The notes: generated from the letters alone by a model not told the origin. Shown: positions 1 through 10,093, counted from the first letter of the stretch. The stretch is DNA of 64,000 nt from an uncultured Bacteroidota bacterium (GCA_902594485.1 CACJMJ010000001.1:6574-70573); one strand, 5' to 3'. Translations and numbers: made by a program.

Positions 1-318
1 CAGTGTGAGTATTTTGCATTAGAAGGACTTGGAAAATTATTGAATACAGTTAAGAGTGTTCAAAAGGTTCATAATGAGGAATTAGATATTGAGGGAATAT
101 TACTAACTATGTTTGATTCAAGGTTAAGACTTTCAAATCAAGTAGTAGAGGAAGTCAGAAAACATTTTGGAGATATTGTGTTTGAAACTATTATCCAAAG
201 AAATATTAAATTAGGTGAAGCTCCAGGTTTTGGAAAAGATATAATTACTTATGATGTCTCATCAAAAGGAACAAAAAATTATCTTTCCTTAGCAGATGAA
301 ATTGTAAATAGAAATTAA
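1..318 (+). CDS. parA: ParA/Soj-family chromosome partitioning ATPase, C-terminal part (5' end outside window)
   Basis: The frame of the 40..318 ORF is open from nt 1 (QCEYFALEGLGKLLNTVKSVQ...). It matches the C-terminal half of Soj/ParA ATPases (LSNQVVEEVRKHF, LGEAPGFGKDIITYD). Its stop abuts the parB ATG. Confidence 0.85.
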   Translation, partial: QCEYFALEGLGKLLNTVKSVQKVHNEELDIEGILLTMFDSRLRLSNQVVEEVRKHFGDIVFETIIQRNIKLGEAPGFGKDIITYDVSSKGTKNYLSLADEIVNRN

Positions 319-1197
319 ATGTCTGATAAAAAACAAAAAAAAGTACTTGGGAGAGGTCTTGATGCTCTGCTTGGTAATTCTGACAATGCTGATTTTTCTA
401 ATAATACTAAGAATAATGCGAATAGTCTTCAATTATCATTAGATAAAATTTATGTAAACCCAAATCAGCCAAGAACAAATTTTGACAGTAATCAAATTGA
501 TAATCTTGTTGTTTCAATTAAAGAACTTGGAATTATTCAGCCTATTACTGTAAGGAAAATTAATGATGATAAGTATGAAATCATTTCTGGTGAAAGAAGG
601 TATCGTGCCTCAAAAATAGCTAATCTAGAATCAATACCATGCTATATAAAAGCAGTTGAAGATGAAACTGATTTGTTAAAGATGTCGTTAGTTGAAAATG
701 TACAGAGAGTAGACCTTGATCCAATTGAAATTGCATTAACATATGAAAGGTTTATCAATGAGTATAACTTAAATGTTGATGCTATATCTAGGCTAGTAGG
801 TAAGGATAGGTCAACTGTATCAAATTACATACGACTTTTAAAACTTGATCCGATTATTCAATCAGGTATAAGAGATGGATTCTTGAGCATGGGTCATGGA
901 AGAGCTCTAATAAATGTTGATGATAAAAAATTACAAATTGAAATTTATGAACAAATAATATCATCAAAATTATCTGTCAGACAAACAGAGAAGATTGCTA
1001 GAGGAAATAAAGACCTACCTTCTAATAACTCTAACTCAGATGTATCAAAAATCTATTTAGATGCAACTAATAAGTTTGAGAAGCTGTTTAATTCAAAAGT
1101 AACATTAAAAGAAAATAGCAAAGGCAAAGTCTCCCTTTCAACTACTTTTAAGAGTATTAATGAGTTATACTCAATTATAAAAAAAATTACAAATTGA
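319..1197 (+). CDS. parB: ParB/Spo0J chromosome partitioning protein
   Basis: ParB-box motifs IQPITVRK and GERRYRASK are present, followed by an HTH region (RSTVSNYIRLLKL). It lies immediately after parA. Confidence 0.92.
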   Translation: MSDKKQKKVLGRGLDALLGNSDNADFSNNTKNNANSLQLSLDKIYVNPNQPRTNFDSNQIDNLVVSIKELGIIQPITVRKINDDKYEIISGERRYRASKIANLESIPCYIKAVEDETDLLKMSLVENVQRVDLDPIEIALTYERFINEYNLNVDAISRLVGKDRSTVSNYIRLLKLDPIIQSGIRDGFLSMGHGRALINVDDKKLQIEIYEQIISSKLSVRQTEKIARGNKDLPSNNSNSDVSKIYLDATNKFEKLFNSKVTLKENSKGKVSLSTTFKSINELYSIIKKITN

Positions 1198-1751
1198 GAA
1201 AAATATTTTTATTAATAATGATTTCTCTTTCATTCATAATGAATGCTCAGGCAGATATTGATTCTACATACGTTAGTCCAAAAAAATTAAAATTAATTAA
1301 CGACCCACTGACTCCATCTAAAGCTGCATTTTACTCCTCTGTTATTCCTGGTTTAGGTCAAGTTTATACTAGGAGATATTGGATGATTCCAATAATTTAT
1401 GGAGGTCTAGGAGCATCTGCATACTACTACAACTATAATAATAAGGAGATGAAGAAATATAGAACAGCATATAAGAGGAGACTTGCAGGATACTTTGATG
1501 ATGAGTATACTGAAATAATTCCTGAAAATGAAAAATTACTAGAGGGAATGAAGTTTCACAGAAGATATAAAGACTTTTCTTTTATGTTCCTTGTTGGAAC
1601 TTATGTTTTAAATATTATCGATGCAAATGTCGGCGCTCACTTATTACAATTTAATGTTAGTGAAGATCTATCATTTGGGCCATATATAGAAAATAATTAT
1701 TTTGATTTTTCTCAAAGTGCTGGAATTAAATTTAAAATTAATCTAGACTGA
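1194..1751 (+). CDS. DUF5683-like membrane protein
   Basis: It has an N-terminal signal/TM segment and the motif PSKAAFYSSVIPGLGQVYTRRYW. The position directly after parB is typical of Bacteroidota. The TTG start overlaps the parB stop by 4 nt (TTGA). Confidence 0.6.
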   Translation: MRKIFLLIMISLSFIMNAQADIDSTYVSPKKLKLINDPLTPSKAAFYSSVIPGLGQVYTRRYWMIPIIYGGLGASAYYYNYNNKEMKKYRTAYKRRLAGYFDDEYTEIIPENEKLLEGMKFHRRYKDFSFMFLVGTYVLNIIDANVGAHLLQFNVSEDLSFGPYIENNYFDFSQSAGIKFKINLD

Positions 1752-1752
1752 T

Positions 1753-3444
1753 ATGAGTATAAACGAATGGTTACTTTTTTTTCTATCCTATAATTTATTA
1801 ATATTCGTTGGATCTCAAAGACTTTTTAAACTTGCAGGTGTTGATAGCTGGAAATCATTAATTCCTGTATACAACATAGTAAAGCATTTAGAGATAATTA
1901 ATAGACCTAAATGGTGGGTCATCCTAGTTTTTATTCCAGTTATAAATCTTCTAATGATTCCGGTAATTTGGGTAGAATTTATTAAAAGATTTAATCACAA
2001 CTCAAAATTAGATAGGGTACTTGTTATTACAACTCTTGGTCTTTATCTATTTTATGTAAGTTATGTTAGCAAAAGAACAAAATATGTAGATAATATTTCA
2101 TTTTCAAATTTTGAAAGGTCTCTTGGGTCTCTTGTTTTTGCAGTTGTAATTGCAACTATAGTTCACAATTATATCCTACAGCCATTTGTAATTCCTACTG
2201 GCTCACTAGAGAAAACATTAAGAGTTGGAGATTTTTTATTAGTAAGTAAATTTCATTATGGGGCTAGAATACCATCTACAGTTATATCTTTTCCAATGGT
2301 TCACGATACTATACCCATACTCAAGACAAGGTCTTACCTGAAGAAACCTCAGCTTCCTTATATTAGAATCCCAGGTTTTCAAGAAATTAAAAATAATGAT
2401 ATCGTAGTTTTTAATTGGCCTGCTGATACGGTTAGAAAGTTTTTTGTCAAGGAAAAGGGTGTGATAAAACCAAGAGATAAAAAATCTAACTATGTCAAAA
2501 GAGCAATTGGAATTCCTGGTGACTCATTAGAAATCAAAGATGGAATAGTTTATTTAAATGGTCAGGAGAATAAATTACCTGAAAGGGCCAAACCATTATA
2601 TACTTACAAAATATTTTCTAAAGATGGAGTGTCATCAAGCAAGTTAAAAAATCTTGAAATTGACGGATTTATCAGAAGATTTGTCATAAGAAATTTATCT
2701 CAAGAATCATATAATAGCTTGAAAGGCAATATTTTGAGTATCTCCAATACTAATGAAAATGAATATCTTATTTACACAGATGATCAAGGTATCCCAATAA
2801 AAAAAGTAAGAGAGCTAAGTATAGACATAAGAGAGATAATTGATAATGAGAAAGAGTTGAGTCTTACTATTAATGATGCAAACATAATTAGAAATTCAAA
2901 TGAGTTTGACACAATATTCAGATCTATTGAAAAAACTAACTATACAAACTCTGTTTTCTTTCCAGGCAATAAAAGATTTAATTGGAATAACGATCAACTA
3001 GGTCCAATATATATTCCAAAGGCGGGTGAAAAAATTAAACTGACTATGGATGATCTTCCACTGTATAAAAAGATAATTAGAGATTATGAAAATAATGAAA
3101 TTGAGATAGTAGATAATAACATATACATAAACGGTGAAATATCAAGTAATTATACTTTTAAACAAGATTATTATTGGATGATGGGAGATAATAGATATAA
3201 TTCTGAAGATTCAAGAGTTTGGGGCTTTGTTCCATTTGATCATGTATTGGGGAAACCTGTTTTTATTTGGATGAGTATAGATGGATTATTCAATGGTATT
3301 AGTAATTGGGAATTTAGATGGGATAGAGTTTTCACAACTATTGGATTTGATGGAAAGCCAAGATCCTATTTGCCTCACTTTATAATTTTTATATTAGTCT
3401 GGCAATTATTTAATTATTTAAAAAAGAAGAGAAATAAAGCTTAA
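1753..3444 (+). CDS. lepB: Signal peptidase I (long Bacteroidota form with N-terminal membrane extension)
   Basis: The catalytic Ser box is PTGSLEKTLRVGDFLLVSK, the Lys box is YVKRAIGIPGD, and box E is GDNRYNSEDSRVWGFVP. Confidence 0.88.
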   Translation: MSINEWLLFFLSYNLLIFVGSQRLFKLAGVDSWKSLIPVYNIVKHLEIINRPKWWVILVFIPVINLLMIPVIWVEFIKRFNHNSKLDRVLVITTLGLYLFYVSYVSKRTKYVDNISFSNFERSLGSLVFAVVIATIVHNYILQPFVIPTGSLEKTLRVGDFLLVSKFHYGARIPSTVISFPMVHDTIPILKTRSYLKKPQLPYIRIPGFQEIKNNDIVVFNWPADTVRKFFVKEKGVIKPRDKKSNYVKRAIGIPGDSLEIKDGIVYLNGQENKLPERAKPLYTYKIFSKDGVSSSKLKNLEIDGFIRRFVIRNLSQESYNSLKGNILSISNTNENEYLIYTDDQGIPIKKVRELSIDIREIIDNEKELSLTINDANIIRNSNEFDTIFRSIEKTNYTNSVFFPGNKRFNWNNDQLGPIYIPKAGEKIKLTMDDLPLYKKIIRDYENNEIEIVDNNIYINGEISSNYTFKQDYYWMMGDNRYNSEDSRVWGFVPFDHVLGKPVFIWMSIDGLFNGISNWEFRWDRVFTTIGFDGKPRSYLPHFIIFILVWQLFNYLKKKRNKA

Positions 3445-4241
3445 TCTTTCTTTGAATTTTTGAAAAGAAACTCTTTTTCTTTTTTTGTTAAGCTCTCATA
3501 TCCTGACTTACTTATCTTGTCAAGAATAATATCAATATTTTTTTGATTATCTCGATTTTCTTTTGGTTTAGTCTTTATACTATTTATCAAGTTAATAATG
3601 AAGTCAAATGGTGAATTTGATAGATTAAAGTTCCTTGCATAATAGAATCCATATAAAGCACCTCCAAGGTGAGCAATATTTCCACCTGCATTGCTAAATG
3701 GGATTTGGATTAAACTAAGAAGGACATAGAATAAGCCTAAATACTTGAGCTTTACATTAAAGAAGATCAAGTTAATATTTGTATTAGGGAAATATGTACA
3801 CACAAATATGAGAAGTGAATATACAGCTGCAGATGATCCAATTAACGGAGAAAAAGAATTTTCAAAAGCTGGGAAAATATTATAGGAGACGATGAATAAA
3901 AGACCACCTAATATAGCTCCATAAAAGTAAATTTCAAGGAATTTTTTATTATCTAAGAATGAGAGGAAATAATCCGAAACTATATAGAGTATAAACATGT
4001 TCCAAAAAATATGAAAGAAATCTAAATGAAAAAATGAATAAGTTATTATACTCCATGGGCTCATTATGATTTGTTCAAAATTTGGATGAAGATCAAAAAA
4101 TTTAATAATGTTAATTTGAGGAATATTAAAAAGAAACAGGAAAGTATTAGAAACTAGAGGCAGTAAAAAAATTATAACATTAATAATAATAATTTTCTTG
4201 AATATAGGCTGATTGTTAAAATATCTATATCCTAATTCCAT
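3441..4241 (-). CDS. Rhomboid-family intramembrane protease-like protein with charged C-terminal tail
   Basis: It is a multi-TM protein with a rhomboid-like Ser motif (GSSAAVYSL) and His motif (AHLGGALYGFYY). The K/E-rich tail reads ...ILDKISKSGYESLTKKEKEFL. Confidence 0.7.
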   Translation of the reverse strand: MELGYRYFNNQPIFKKIIIINVIIFLLPLVSNTFLFLFNIPQINIIKFFDLHPNFEQIIMSPWSIITYSFFHLDFFHIFWNMFILYIVSDYFLSFLDNKKFLEIYFYGAILGGLLFIVSYNIFPAFENSFSPLIGSSAAVYSLLIFVCTYFPNTNINLIFFNVKLKYLGLFYVLLSLIQIPFSNAGGNIAHLGGALYGFYYARNFNLSNSPFDFIINLINSIKTKPKENRDNQKNIDIILDKISKSGYESLTKKEKEFLFKNSKKD

Positions 4242-4960
4242 CTTTTATTATTGAACTGATTTTTTTTCCAATACCACATCATAATAAATCCTGTAAGTGC
4301 ACCGCCTACATGAGCAAAATGAGCAATTGGGCCCATCGAAAATTTTGCACTAAAACCTGAAAATAAATCAATTGATATTAAAATGGGCACAAGTATCTTT
4401 GCCTTTATTGGAATCGGAGGAAATAGTAACATAAGTTGAACATTGGGGAAAAGCATAGCAAATGCAACTAAGATTCCATATAATGCGCCAGATGCTCCAA
4501 CCATTTTAGCCCTTGCTGATTGGGCACCATCAAGAACAACATCTTGATCAGGAATATAATTTTTCTCATATAATATTTTATTAATTTCAATTTCACTAAC
4601 ATTTCTTTCTAATAAAAAATTCGTTGCTGAAATTACATCAAAATGGTAAACTAAAGTCTGAATAAGAACAGCACCAAGGCCGGCTGATATATAGAAAAAT
4701 ATAAATTTTTGCTTACCCCACATTTGCTCTAATGGTGTGCCAAACATCCATAATCCAAACATATTAAATAGAATATGAGTTGGGCTACCATGCATAAACA
4801 TATGAGATATTGGTTGCCATAAAATAAAGTCAGGATTATTTGGATAGTGCATAGAAAATAAATCATACATTAATGCAGTAAGTTGAGGAACAGAAGCAGC
4901 AATAAAAAATATTGCATTAATTATTATCAAATGTTTTACTATTTCACTAACTCTACCCAT
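4232..4960 (-). CDS. Rhomboid-family intramembrane serine protease
   Basis: Canonical rhomboid motifs are present: HMFMHGSPTHILFNM, GASGALYGIL (Ser) and AHVGGALTGF (His). Confidence 0.85.
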   Translation of the reverse strand: MGRVSEIVKHLIIINAIFFIAASVPQLTALMYDLFSMHYPNNPDFILWQPISHMFMHGSPTHILFNMFGLWMFGTPLEQMWGKQKFIFFYISAGLGAVLIQTLVYHFDVISATNFLLERNVSEIEINKILYEKNYIPDQDVVLDGAQSARAKMVGASGALYGILVAFAMLFPNVQLMLLFPPIPIKAKILVPILISIDLFSGFSAKFSMGPIAHFAHVGGALTGFIMMWYWKKNQFNNKRWN

Positions 4961-6708
4961 TAGAATATATTTTCAATATCGTTTTTACTCAAAGTAATAA
5001 ATATTTGCTTATTGTTAGGACTCAGATTAGGCTCCTTACATGAAAAAAGTTGATTTACTAGAAACTCTTGTTCATTTGAGTTTAATTTTTCACCTGATTT
5101 AATAGAGGAACTTTTTGAAAGTGCTTTTGCAAAAAAATCTGAATGACTAAGACTATTTGATTTATCGAAATCATTATCATTATCGAGAATATCATCAATT
5201 ATTTCTTCGATAGAATTATTTTTTAGTTGGTTTGGTACTGATGTAATCTTTAATAAATTCTTTTCTAATCCAAATTCAAATCCTAAAGATTTAAATTCTG
5301 AATCAATCTTGTTAAACATTGATAGTTGTTGCTTGGATAAATTTATTTCAATAGGAAAAACTAATTTTTGTGAATCTGTAGAACTTTCAAATATAGATTT
5401 TAAAAAGCCCTCATACAATATTCTCTGATGAGCTAAATTTTGATTTATTATGATTAAAGATGAAGTGCTAGCACTGACAATAAATTTATTAAAGATTTGA
5501 AAAATTTTAGTAAATTCTTTACTAGTGTTCTCAAAGTCTGATTCAATATTCTTAGTTGATTTTTCAGAAAAGAGATCTCCTAGTTTCTCATCATTAAAGA
5601 TTTGAAAAGGGTTAAAATCAGAATCTATCTCAACTCCTGGAATTTTAGGTTCAGATTTAACTTGTGAATAAGATATATCCATCGATGGATCTTTTTCAAA
5701 ATCTAAGACCGGACTAACTTGGTAAATTCCAAGACAATGTTTTACTGCAGAATTAATAATAGAATAAAGGTTTTGATCATCATCAAATTTTATTTCAGTT
5801 TTATTAGGATGAACATTTACGTCGATCTTACTGGGATCAATATTAATAAACAAGAAATAACCTGGATAAAATCCATCTCTTAAGAGACCATCAAAAGAAG
5901 AAAAAATAGAATGATTGATAAACTGACTTTTTACTGATCTATTGTTTACAAATATGTATTGATTTGATCTAGATTTCTTTGCATATTCGGGTTTAAGAAT
6001 AAATCCATGGAGATTTGCTATTTGAGTGTCCTCATCTATTGGAATTAGGTTTTCACGAATCTTTTCGCCAAAAATTGATATTATTCTTTTCTTCAGTGAT
6101 TCCTTTTTTAAATAAAAGATTTCTTCACCATTATTAATAAATGAAAACTCAATTTCATTATGTGAAATGGCAATATTGTTAAATACATTGATTATATGTT
6201 TTAACTCAACAAAGTCAGACTTTAAGAAATTCCTTCTTGCTGGAACATTAAAAAATAAATTTTGAACTTTTATAGAAGTTCCCTCATTAGTATTTAATTC
6301 TTTTTGAGAAATAATATTACCTCCATTAATTTCAATATAATAACCATCATTTTCATTTATTTTAGAAGAAGACATTTCAATCATAGAGACAGATGATATT
6401 GCAGCTAGAGCTTCACCTCTAAATCCCATTGAGTTTATAGAGAAGATATCCTCGATATTATTAATTTTTGAGGTTGCATGTTTTATGAATGAGGAATGCA
6501 TATCGTTTTTTGACATACCTTGGCCATCATCAATTACTTGAATTAAATTTTTACCTGCATTCTTAATAATTATTGTAATCTTTGATGATTTTGCATCAAT
6601 AGAATTTTCAAGAAGTTCTTTTAAAACAGATGAAGGTCTTTGGACTACTTCCCCTGCAGCAATTTTATTAGAAACGTCAGCTGGTAAAATTTTAACTATA
6701 TCTGGCAT
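4960..6708 (-). CDS. mutL: DNA mismatch repair protein MutL
   Basis: The N-terminal GHKL ATPase motifs are IAAGEVVQRPSSVLKELLENSIDA, DDGQGM and GFRGEAL. The size is typical at 582 aa. Confidence 0.95.
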   Translation of the reverse strand: MPDIVKILPADVSNKIAAGEVVQRPSSVLKELLENSIDAKSSKITIIIKNAGKNLIQVIDDGQGMSKNDMHSSFIKHATSKINNIEDIFSINSMGFRGEALAAISSVSMIEMSSSKINENDGYYIEINGGNIISQKELNTNEGTSIKVQNLFFNVPARRNFLKSDFVELKHIINVFNNIAISHNEIEFSFINNGEEIFYLKKESLKKRIISIFGEKIRENLIPIDEDTQIANLHGFILKPEYAKKSRSNQYIFVNNRSVKSQFINHSIFSSFDGLLRDGFYPGYFLFINIDPSKIDVNVHPNKTEIKFDDDQNLYSIINSAVKHCLGIYQVSPVLDFEKDPSMDISYSQVKSEPKIPGVEIDSDFNPFQIFNDEKLGDLFSEKSTKNIESDFENTSKEFTKIFQIFNKFIVSASTSSLIIINQNLAHQRILYEGFLKSIFESSTDSQKLVFPIEINLSKQQLSMFNKIDSEFKSLGFEFGLEKNLLKITSVPNQLKNNSIEEIIDDILDNDNDFDKSNSLSHSDFFAKALSKSSSIKSGEKLNSNEQEFLVNQLFSCKEPNLSPNNKQIFITLSKNDIENIF

Positions 6709-6983
6709 TAATTAAGGTAGAAAATTGTTAGATCAAAATCAATGATATATAAAAATACCAAAATTAAAAAAACAATAACTAGTATTAGGGTCATATTAAC
6801 ACCCCTATTCTTTCTATTTCGCATTTTATGTCTTTCATCCTTCCATTTTTTTCCGATATCAATAGAATTATAAGTGTCTCGATACTTAGAAAATTTAGAT
6901 TCAAAACTAGTAGGAATACCCTCTTTTCCTTTAAAAAAACGTGGTGTATAGTTGAATCTTCTATGTTTATTTAATTTAAACAT
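6708..6983 (-). CDS. Small basic membrane-anchored protein, unknown function
   Basis: It is 91 aa with a K/R-rich N-terminal part and one C-terminal TM helix (LILVIVFLILVFLYII). It is tightly packed: its stop shares one nt with the mutL ATG (TAATG). Confidence 0.5.
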   Translation of the reverse strand: MFKLNKHRRFNYTPRFFKGKEGIPTSFESKFSKYRDTYNSIDIGKKWKDERHKMRNRKNRGVNMTLILVIVFLILVFLYIIDFDLTIFYLN

Positions 6984-6985
6984 AA

Positions 6986-7468
6986 CTATTTCGAATTAAC
7001 TAAAATCATTTTTAGTGCAGCTTCAGCGGCATCCTCACCTTTATTTCCAAACTTACCCCCACTCCTATCAATCGATTGTTGAATATTATCGTCAGTTGTT
7101 ACACAAAGGATTATTGGGATATCAGATAGAATATTTAAATCTTTGATGCCATTAACTACAGCATCAGAAATAAAATCAAAATGTTTTGTCTCACCCTTTA
7201 TAATGCAGCCAATAGATATAATAGCATCATAATCTTTTTTAATTAAAGTTTTTGTCCCAAAAATTAGCTCAAAGCTTCCTGGGACATTTATCTTATGAAT
7301 ATTTTTTTCTAGTAATCCAAAACTTAAAAGTTTCTTCTTAGCACCAGTGAGTAAATTTTCAGTAATTTCATGATGCCATTCAGATACAACACATGCGATC
7401 TTAATGTCCTCTGGATTATTAATTTCAAAAGATCTGGTTAAATTTTGACCAGTCATTTTACTTGACAT
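6986..7468 (-). CDS. ribH: 6,7-dimethyl-8-ribityllumazine synthase
   Basis: It has the lumazine synthase fold signature (VPGSFELIF, GCIIKGETKHFDFI) and is 160 aa. Confidence 0.9.
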   Translation of the reverse strand: MSSKMTGQNLTRSFEINNPEDIKIACVVSEWHHEITENLLTGAKKKLLSFGLLEKNIHKINVPGSFELIFGTKTLIKKDYDAIISIGCIIKGETKHFDFISDAVVNGIKDLNILSDIPIILCVTTDDNIQQSIDRSGGKFGNKGEDAAEAALKMILVNSK

Positions 7469-7469
7469 G

Positions 7470-8231
7470 TTAGTTATTTAAGTTTTCTATTCTCCCTAAT
7501 TGAACTTCTACTAAACTGGATTCATAGGAGTCTGGAAAGTCTTCTTTAATTCTATTTAAAAAATTTATTGAAGATTTATATTTACCAATTTCTGATCCTA
7601 TAAGAGCTGCTTTAAATAAATACTTAGGTGTTGTATAGATATTCTCATCATGCTTAAATGCTTTTTGGTAATATTCAAAGGCTTCATTTGGTTGGTTAAG
7701 TTCAGAGAAACAGTCCCCAATTGTGCCAAGTGATATTGATTGAAGAAGGATATCATTTGATTTAAACTTTTCTAAATAAATAATAGCATTGTCATACTCC
7801 TTTAAATTAAGATAAGACATACCAATAGAGTAATTTGCTAGATTTGCAGCCTTAGTCCCAGAATATTCATCAATTATATCTAGAAAACCATATTTACCCT
7901 CACCACCATTAAGTGCAAGTTTGAATAAAGAATCTGATTCATTTGAAACAAGAGCCATCTCAAAAAAGTATTGAGCTTTATTGAGTTCGCTTATAGCCTC
8001 TTTCTCTTTTGGATCAGAGATAAATCGTTCATAGCCTAAATATGAAAGTACTGATATTGATACAGCAGCTATAAGAATAAATATTTTATTTTGGTTTTTG
8101 AGTATCCATTGTTCTGACTTATTTGCTGTTGAGTCTAATGTGTCAAACACCTCAGCTGTTTGGCTTTTGTCAGCACTTATATCTTTATTTGATTTACTCT
8201 TCTTATATCCTCTTCTATTAAATGTTGCCAT
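7470..8231 (-). CDS. Membrane-anchored tetratricopeptide-repeat protein
   Basis: It has one TM helix (IFILIAAVSISVLSYLGY) followed by TPR-like repeats (YSIGMSYLNLKEYDNAIIYLEKF, GDCFSELNQPNEAFEYYQKA). Confidence 0.7.
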   Translation of the reverse strand: MATFNRRGYKKSKSNKDISADKSQTAEVFDTLDSTANKSEQWILKNQNKIFILIAAVSISVLSYLGYERFISDPKEKEAISELNKAQYFFEMALVSNESDSLFKLALNGGEGKYGFLDIIDEYSGTKAANLANYSIGMSYLNLKEYDNAIIYLEKFKSNDILLQSISLGTIGDCFSELNQPNEAFEYYQKAFKHDENIYTTPKYLFKAALIGSEIGKYKSSINFLNRIKEDFPDSYESSLVEVQLGRIENLNN

Positions 8232-8248
8232 AATAATTTTTTGAATCC

Positions 8249-8256
8249 CAAAATTA
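8249..8256 (-). promoter_or_regulatory. Candidate Bacteroidota -7 promoter box (TAATTTTG) for the TPR-ribH-mutL strand
   Basis: The minus strand reads TAATTTTG GGATTC..., an exact match to TAnnTTTG. It lies 17 nt upstream of the ATG at 8231. Confidence 0.4.
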
Positions 8257-8279
8257 ATGTTTTATTTTGAATACTTATT

Positions 8280-9380
8280 ATGTTTTTAAACTCTCTGAAA
8301 ATTGATAACTATAAAAATCTTGAAAAGTTCAAGCTAACGTTTAATAAAAAAATCAATTGTTTTATTGGGAAAAATGGGATTGGAAAGACCAATATTGTTG
8401 ATTCAATTTATCATCTAGCTTTTACAAAAAGTTATTTCAATCCATCAACATCACAAAATGTTATGTCTGGATCAGAGTATTTCTCTATAATCGGAGAGTT
8501 TGATATTGATAAAAGGAGTGAGAGTGTTCATTGTTACTATAAAATTGGTGAAAAGAAGGTTATAAAAAGAAATAGTAAAGTTTACAAAAGGATATCAGAT
8601 CACATCGGATTAATTAATCTGATAATAATTTCACCACATGATAGAAATTTAATTACTGAGGGGAGTGAAATGAGAAGAAAATTTATTGATTCAGTCATTG
8701 GACAGGTAGATAAGGTTTACCTTCAGAGGGTTATTGATTATAATAAAGTTATAACTCAGAGAAATTCTCTATTAAAATATTTTTTTATAAATAGAAAGTT
8801 TGATAAGGATACTATCGAATCATATGATCAACAACTTATTACAATTGGAACTCCTATATATAAAGAAAGGTCAAAGTTTATGACTTCATTTATTCCAATT
8901 TTTAAAAAATATTATTCTGATATAAGTTCTGGGAATGAATTAGTTGACATAAACTTTAAAAGTGATTTGAACTCAGGTAGTTTCTCTGAAGTGCTTAATG
9001 AGAGTCTTTCTAAAGATCGGTTTTTACAATACACTTCAAAGGGAGTTCATAGAGATGATCTAATCTTTACAATTGATGGAAATAAGATTAAAAACTTTGG
9101 TAGTCAAGGACAACAAAAATCTTTTCTTATAGCATTAAAACTTGCACAATTTGATTATTACAGAACTAAATTTGGTAATTCACCAATAGTACTTCTAGAT
9201 GATATTTTTGACAAATTAGATCAAGAAAGAGTGAGACAGATTGTTCAAATTCTTGAAAAAAAGGATTTTAGTCAAATATTTATTACTGATACTCATGTTG
9301 ACAGAGTGAAAGATGCATTATCTGAGTCAAAAAATAAAGAGGAAATATTTGATCTTGAAAAATTAAAAAGTTATGGCTAA
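8280..9380 (+). CDS. recF: DNA replication and repair protein RecF
   Basis: Walker A is GKNGIGKTNIVDSI, the signature motif is GSQGQQKSF, and Walker B is VLLDDIFDKLD. Confidence 0.92.
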   Translation: MFLNSLKIDNYKNLEKFKLTFNKKINCFIGKNGIGKTNIVDSIYHLAFTKSYFNPSTSQNVMSGSEYFSIIGEFDIDKRSESVHCYYKIGEKKVIKRNSKVYKRISDHIGLINLIIISPHDRNLITEGSEMRRKFIDSVIGQVDKVYLQRVIDYNKVITQRNSLLKYFFINRKFDKDTIESYDQQLITIGTPIYKERSKFMTSFIPIFKKYYSDISSGNELVDINFKSDLNSGSFSEVLNESLSKDRFLQYTSKGVHRDDLIFTIDGNKIKNFGSQGQQKSFLIALKLAQFDYYRTKFGNSPIVLLDDIFDKLDQERVRQIVQILEKKDFSQIFITDTHVDRVKDALSESKNKEEIFDLEKLKSYG

Positions 9381-9666
9381 AAGAGGTGAACTAAAAAATG
9401 TTTCAAAAGTTATTGAGGAGGTTTTTTCTCAAAAACACTTCAGGATTGGAATTGATAATATAAAAGTTCAAGAAGCATGGATAAAGACTATGGGAAAGAA
9501 CATTCAGAAATACACTTATAAGGTTGTGTATAAAAAAGGGATATTATATGTAAGACTAAAGTCTTCTGTTCTTAAAGAAGAATTAACATTTGAAAAGACA
9601 AAGGTAATTAAGCTTATAAATCAAGAACTCGGAAAAGAGTATGTAAAAGATCTAGTGATTAGTTAA
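9373..9666 (+). CDS. DUF721-like small protein (commonly follows recF)
   Basis: It is 97 aa and overlaps the recF stop by 8 nt. Its size and its position after recF fit the DUF721 family. The assignment comes from context and general similarity only. Confidence 0.65.
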   Translation: MAKRGELKNVSKVIEEVFSQKHFRIGIDNIKVQEAWIKTMGKNIQKYTYKVVYKKGILYVRLKSSVLKEELTFEKTKVIKLINQELGKEYVKDLVIS

Positions 9667-10081
9667 AAATCTCTTCATTATCAAAATGAAAGCTTATTTC
9701 AATTTCTGCATTTTCATCACTATCTGAACCATGAACTGCGTTTTCTCCTTTAGATTTAGCGTATTTTTTCCTTATAGTACCTTCTTCAGCCTCATTTGGA
9801 TCAGTAGATCCAATGAGGTTCCTAAAAGCATCAACAGCATTATCCTTTTCTAATGCAGCAGCAACTATTGGACCTCGAGTCATAAAACTTACCAAATCAT
9901 TGAAAAAAGGCTTATCTGAATGAATGGAATAGAATTTTTCAGCTTCATCTCTAGTCATCCTTTTGTATTTTAATGCAATAATTTTAAAACCTGCAGCTTC
10001 AATCATATTAAGTATAGGAAGCATATTACCCTGCTCTATAGAGTCCGGTTTTAGCATTGTAAATGTTCTGTTAGTATTCAT
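9659..10081 (-). CDS. ndk: Nucleoside-diphosphate kinase
   Basis: The motifs [10 protein letters not shown] and the active-site NAVHGSDS are present. It is 140 aa. Confidence 0.95.
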   Translation of the reverse strand: MNTNRTFTMLKPDSIEQGNMLPILNMIEAAGFKIIALKYKRMTRDEAEKFYSIHSDKPFFNDLVSFMTRGPIVAAALEKDNAVDAFRNLIGSTDPNEAEEGTIRKKYAKSKGENAVHGSDSDENAEIEISFHFDNEEIFN

Positions 10082-10085
10082 GCGG

Positions 10086-10093
10086 CAAATTTA
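10086..10093 (-). promoter_or_regulatory. Candidate -7 promoter box (TAAATTTG) directly upstream of ndk
   Basis: The minus strand reads TAAATTTG CCGC ATG. This is an exact TAnnTTTG match only 4 nt from the start codon. Confidence 0.45.

Noticed and set aside
1749-1755. dapB is absent between the DUF5683-like gene and lepB. As I remember it, many Flavobacteriia carry dapB at this position.
   Set aside because: The two genes are separated by 1 nt with no remnant sequence, so nothing can be examined here. dapB may simply lie elsewhere in the genome. My recollection of the synteny is also unverified.
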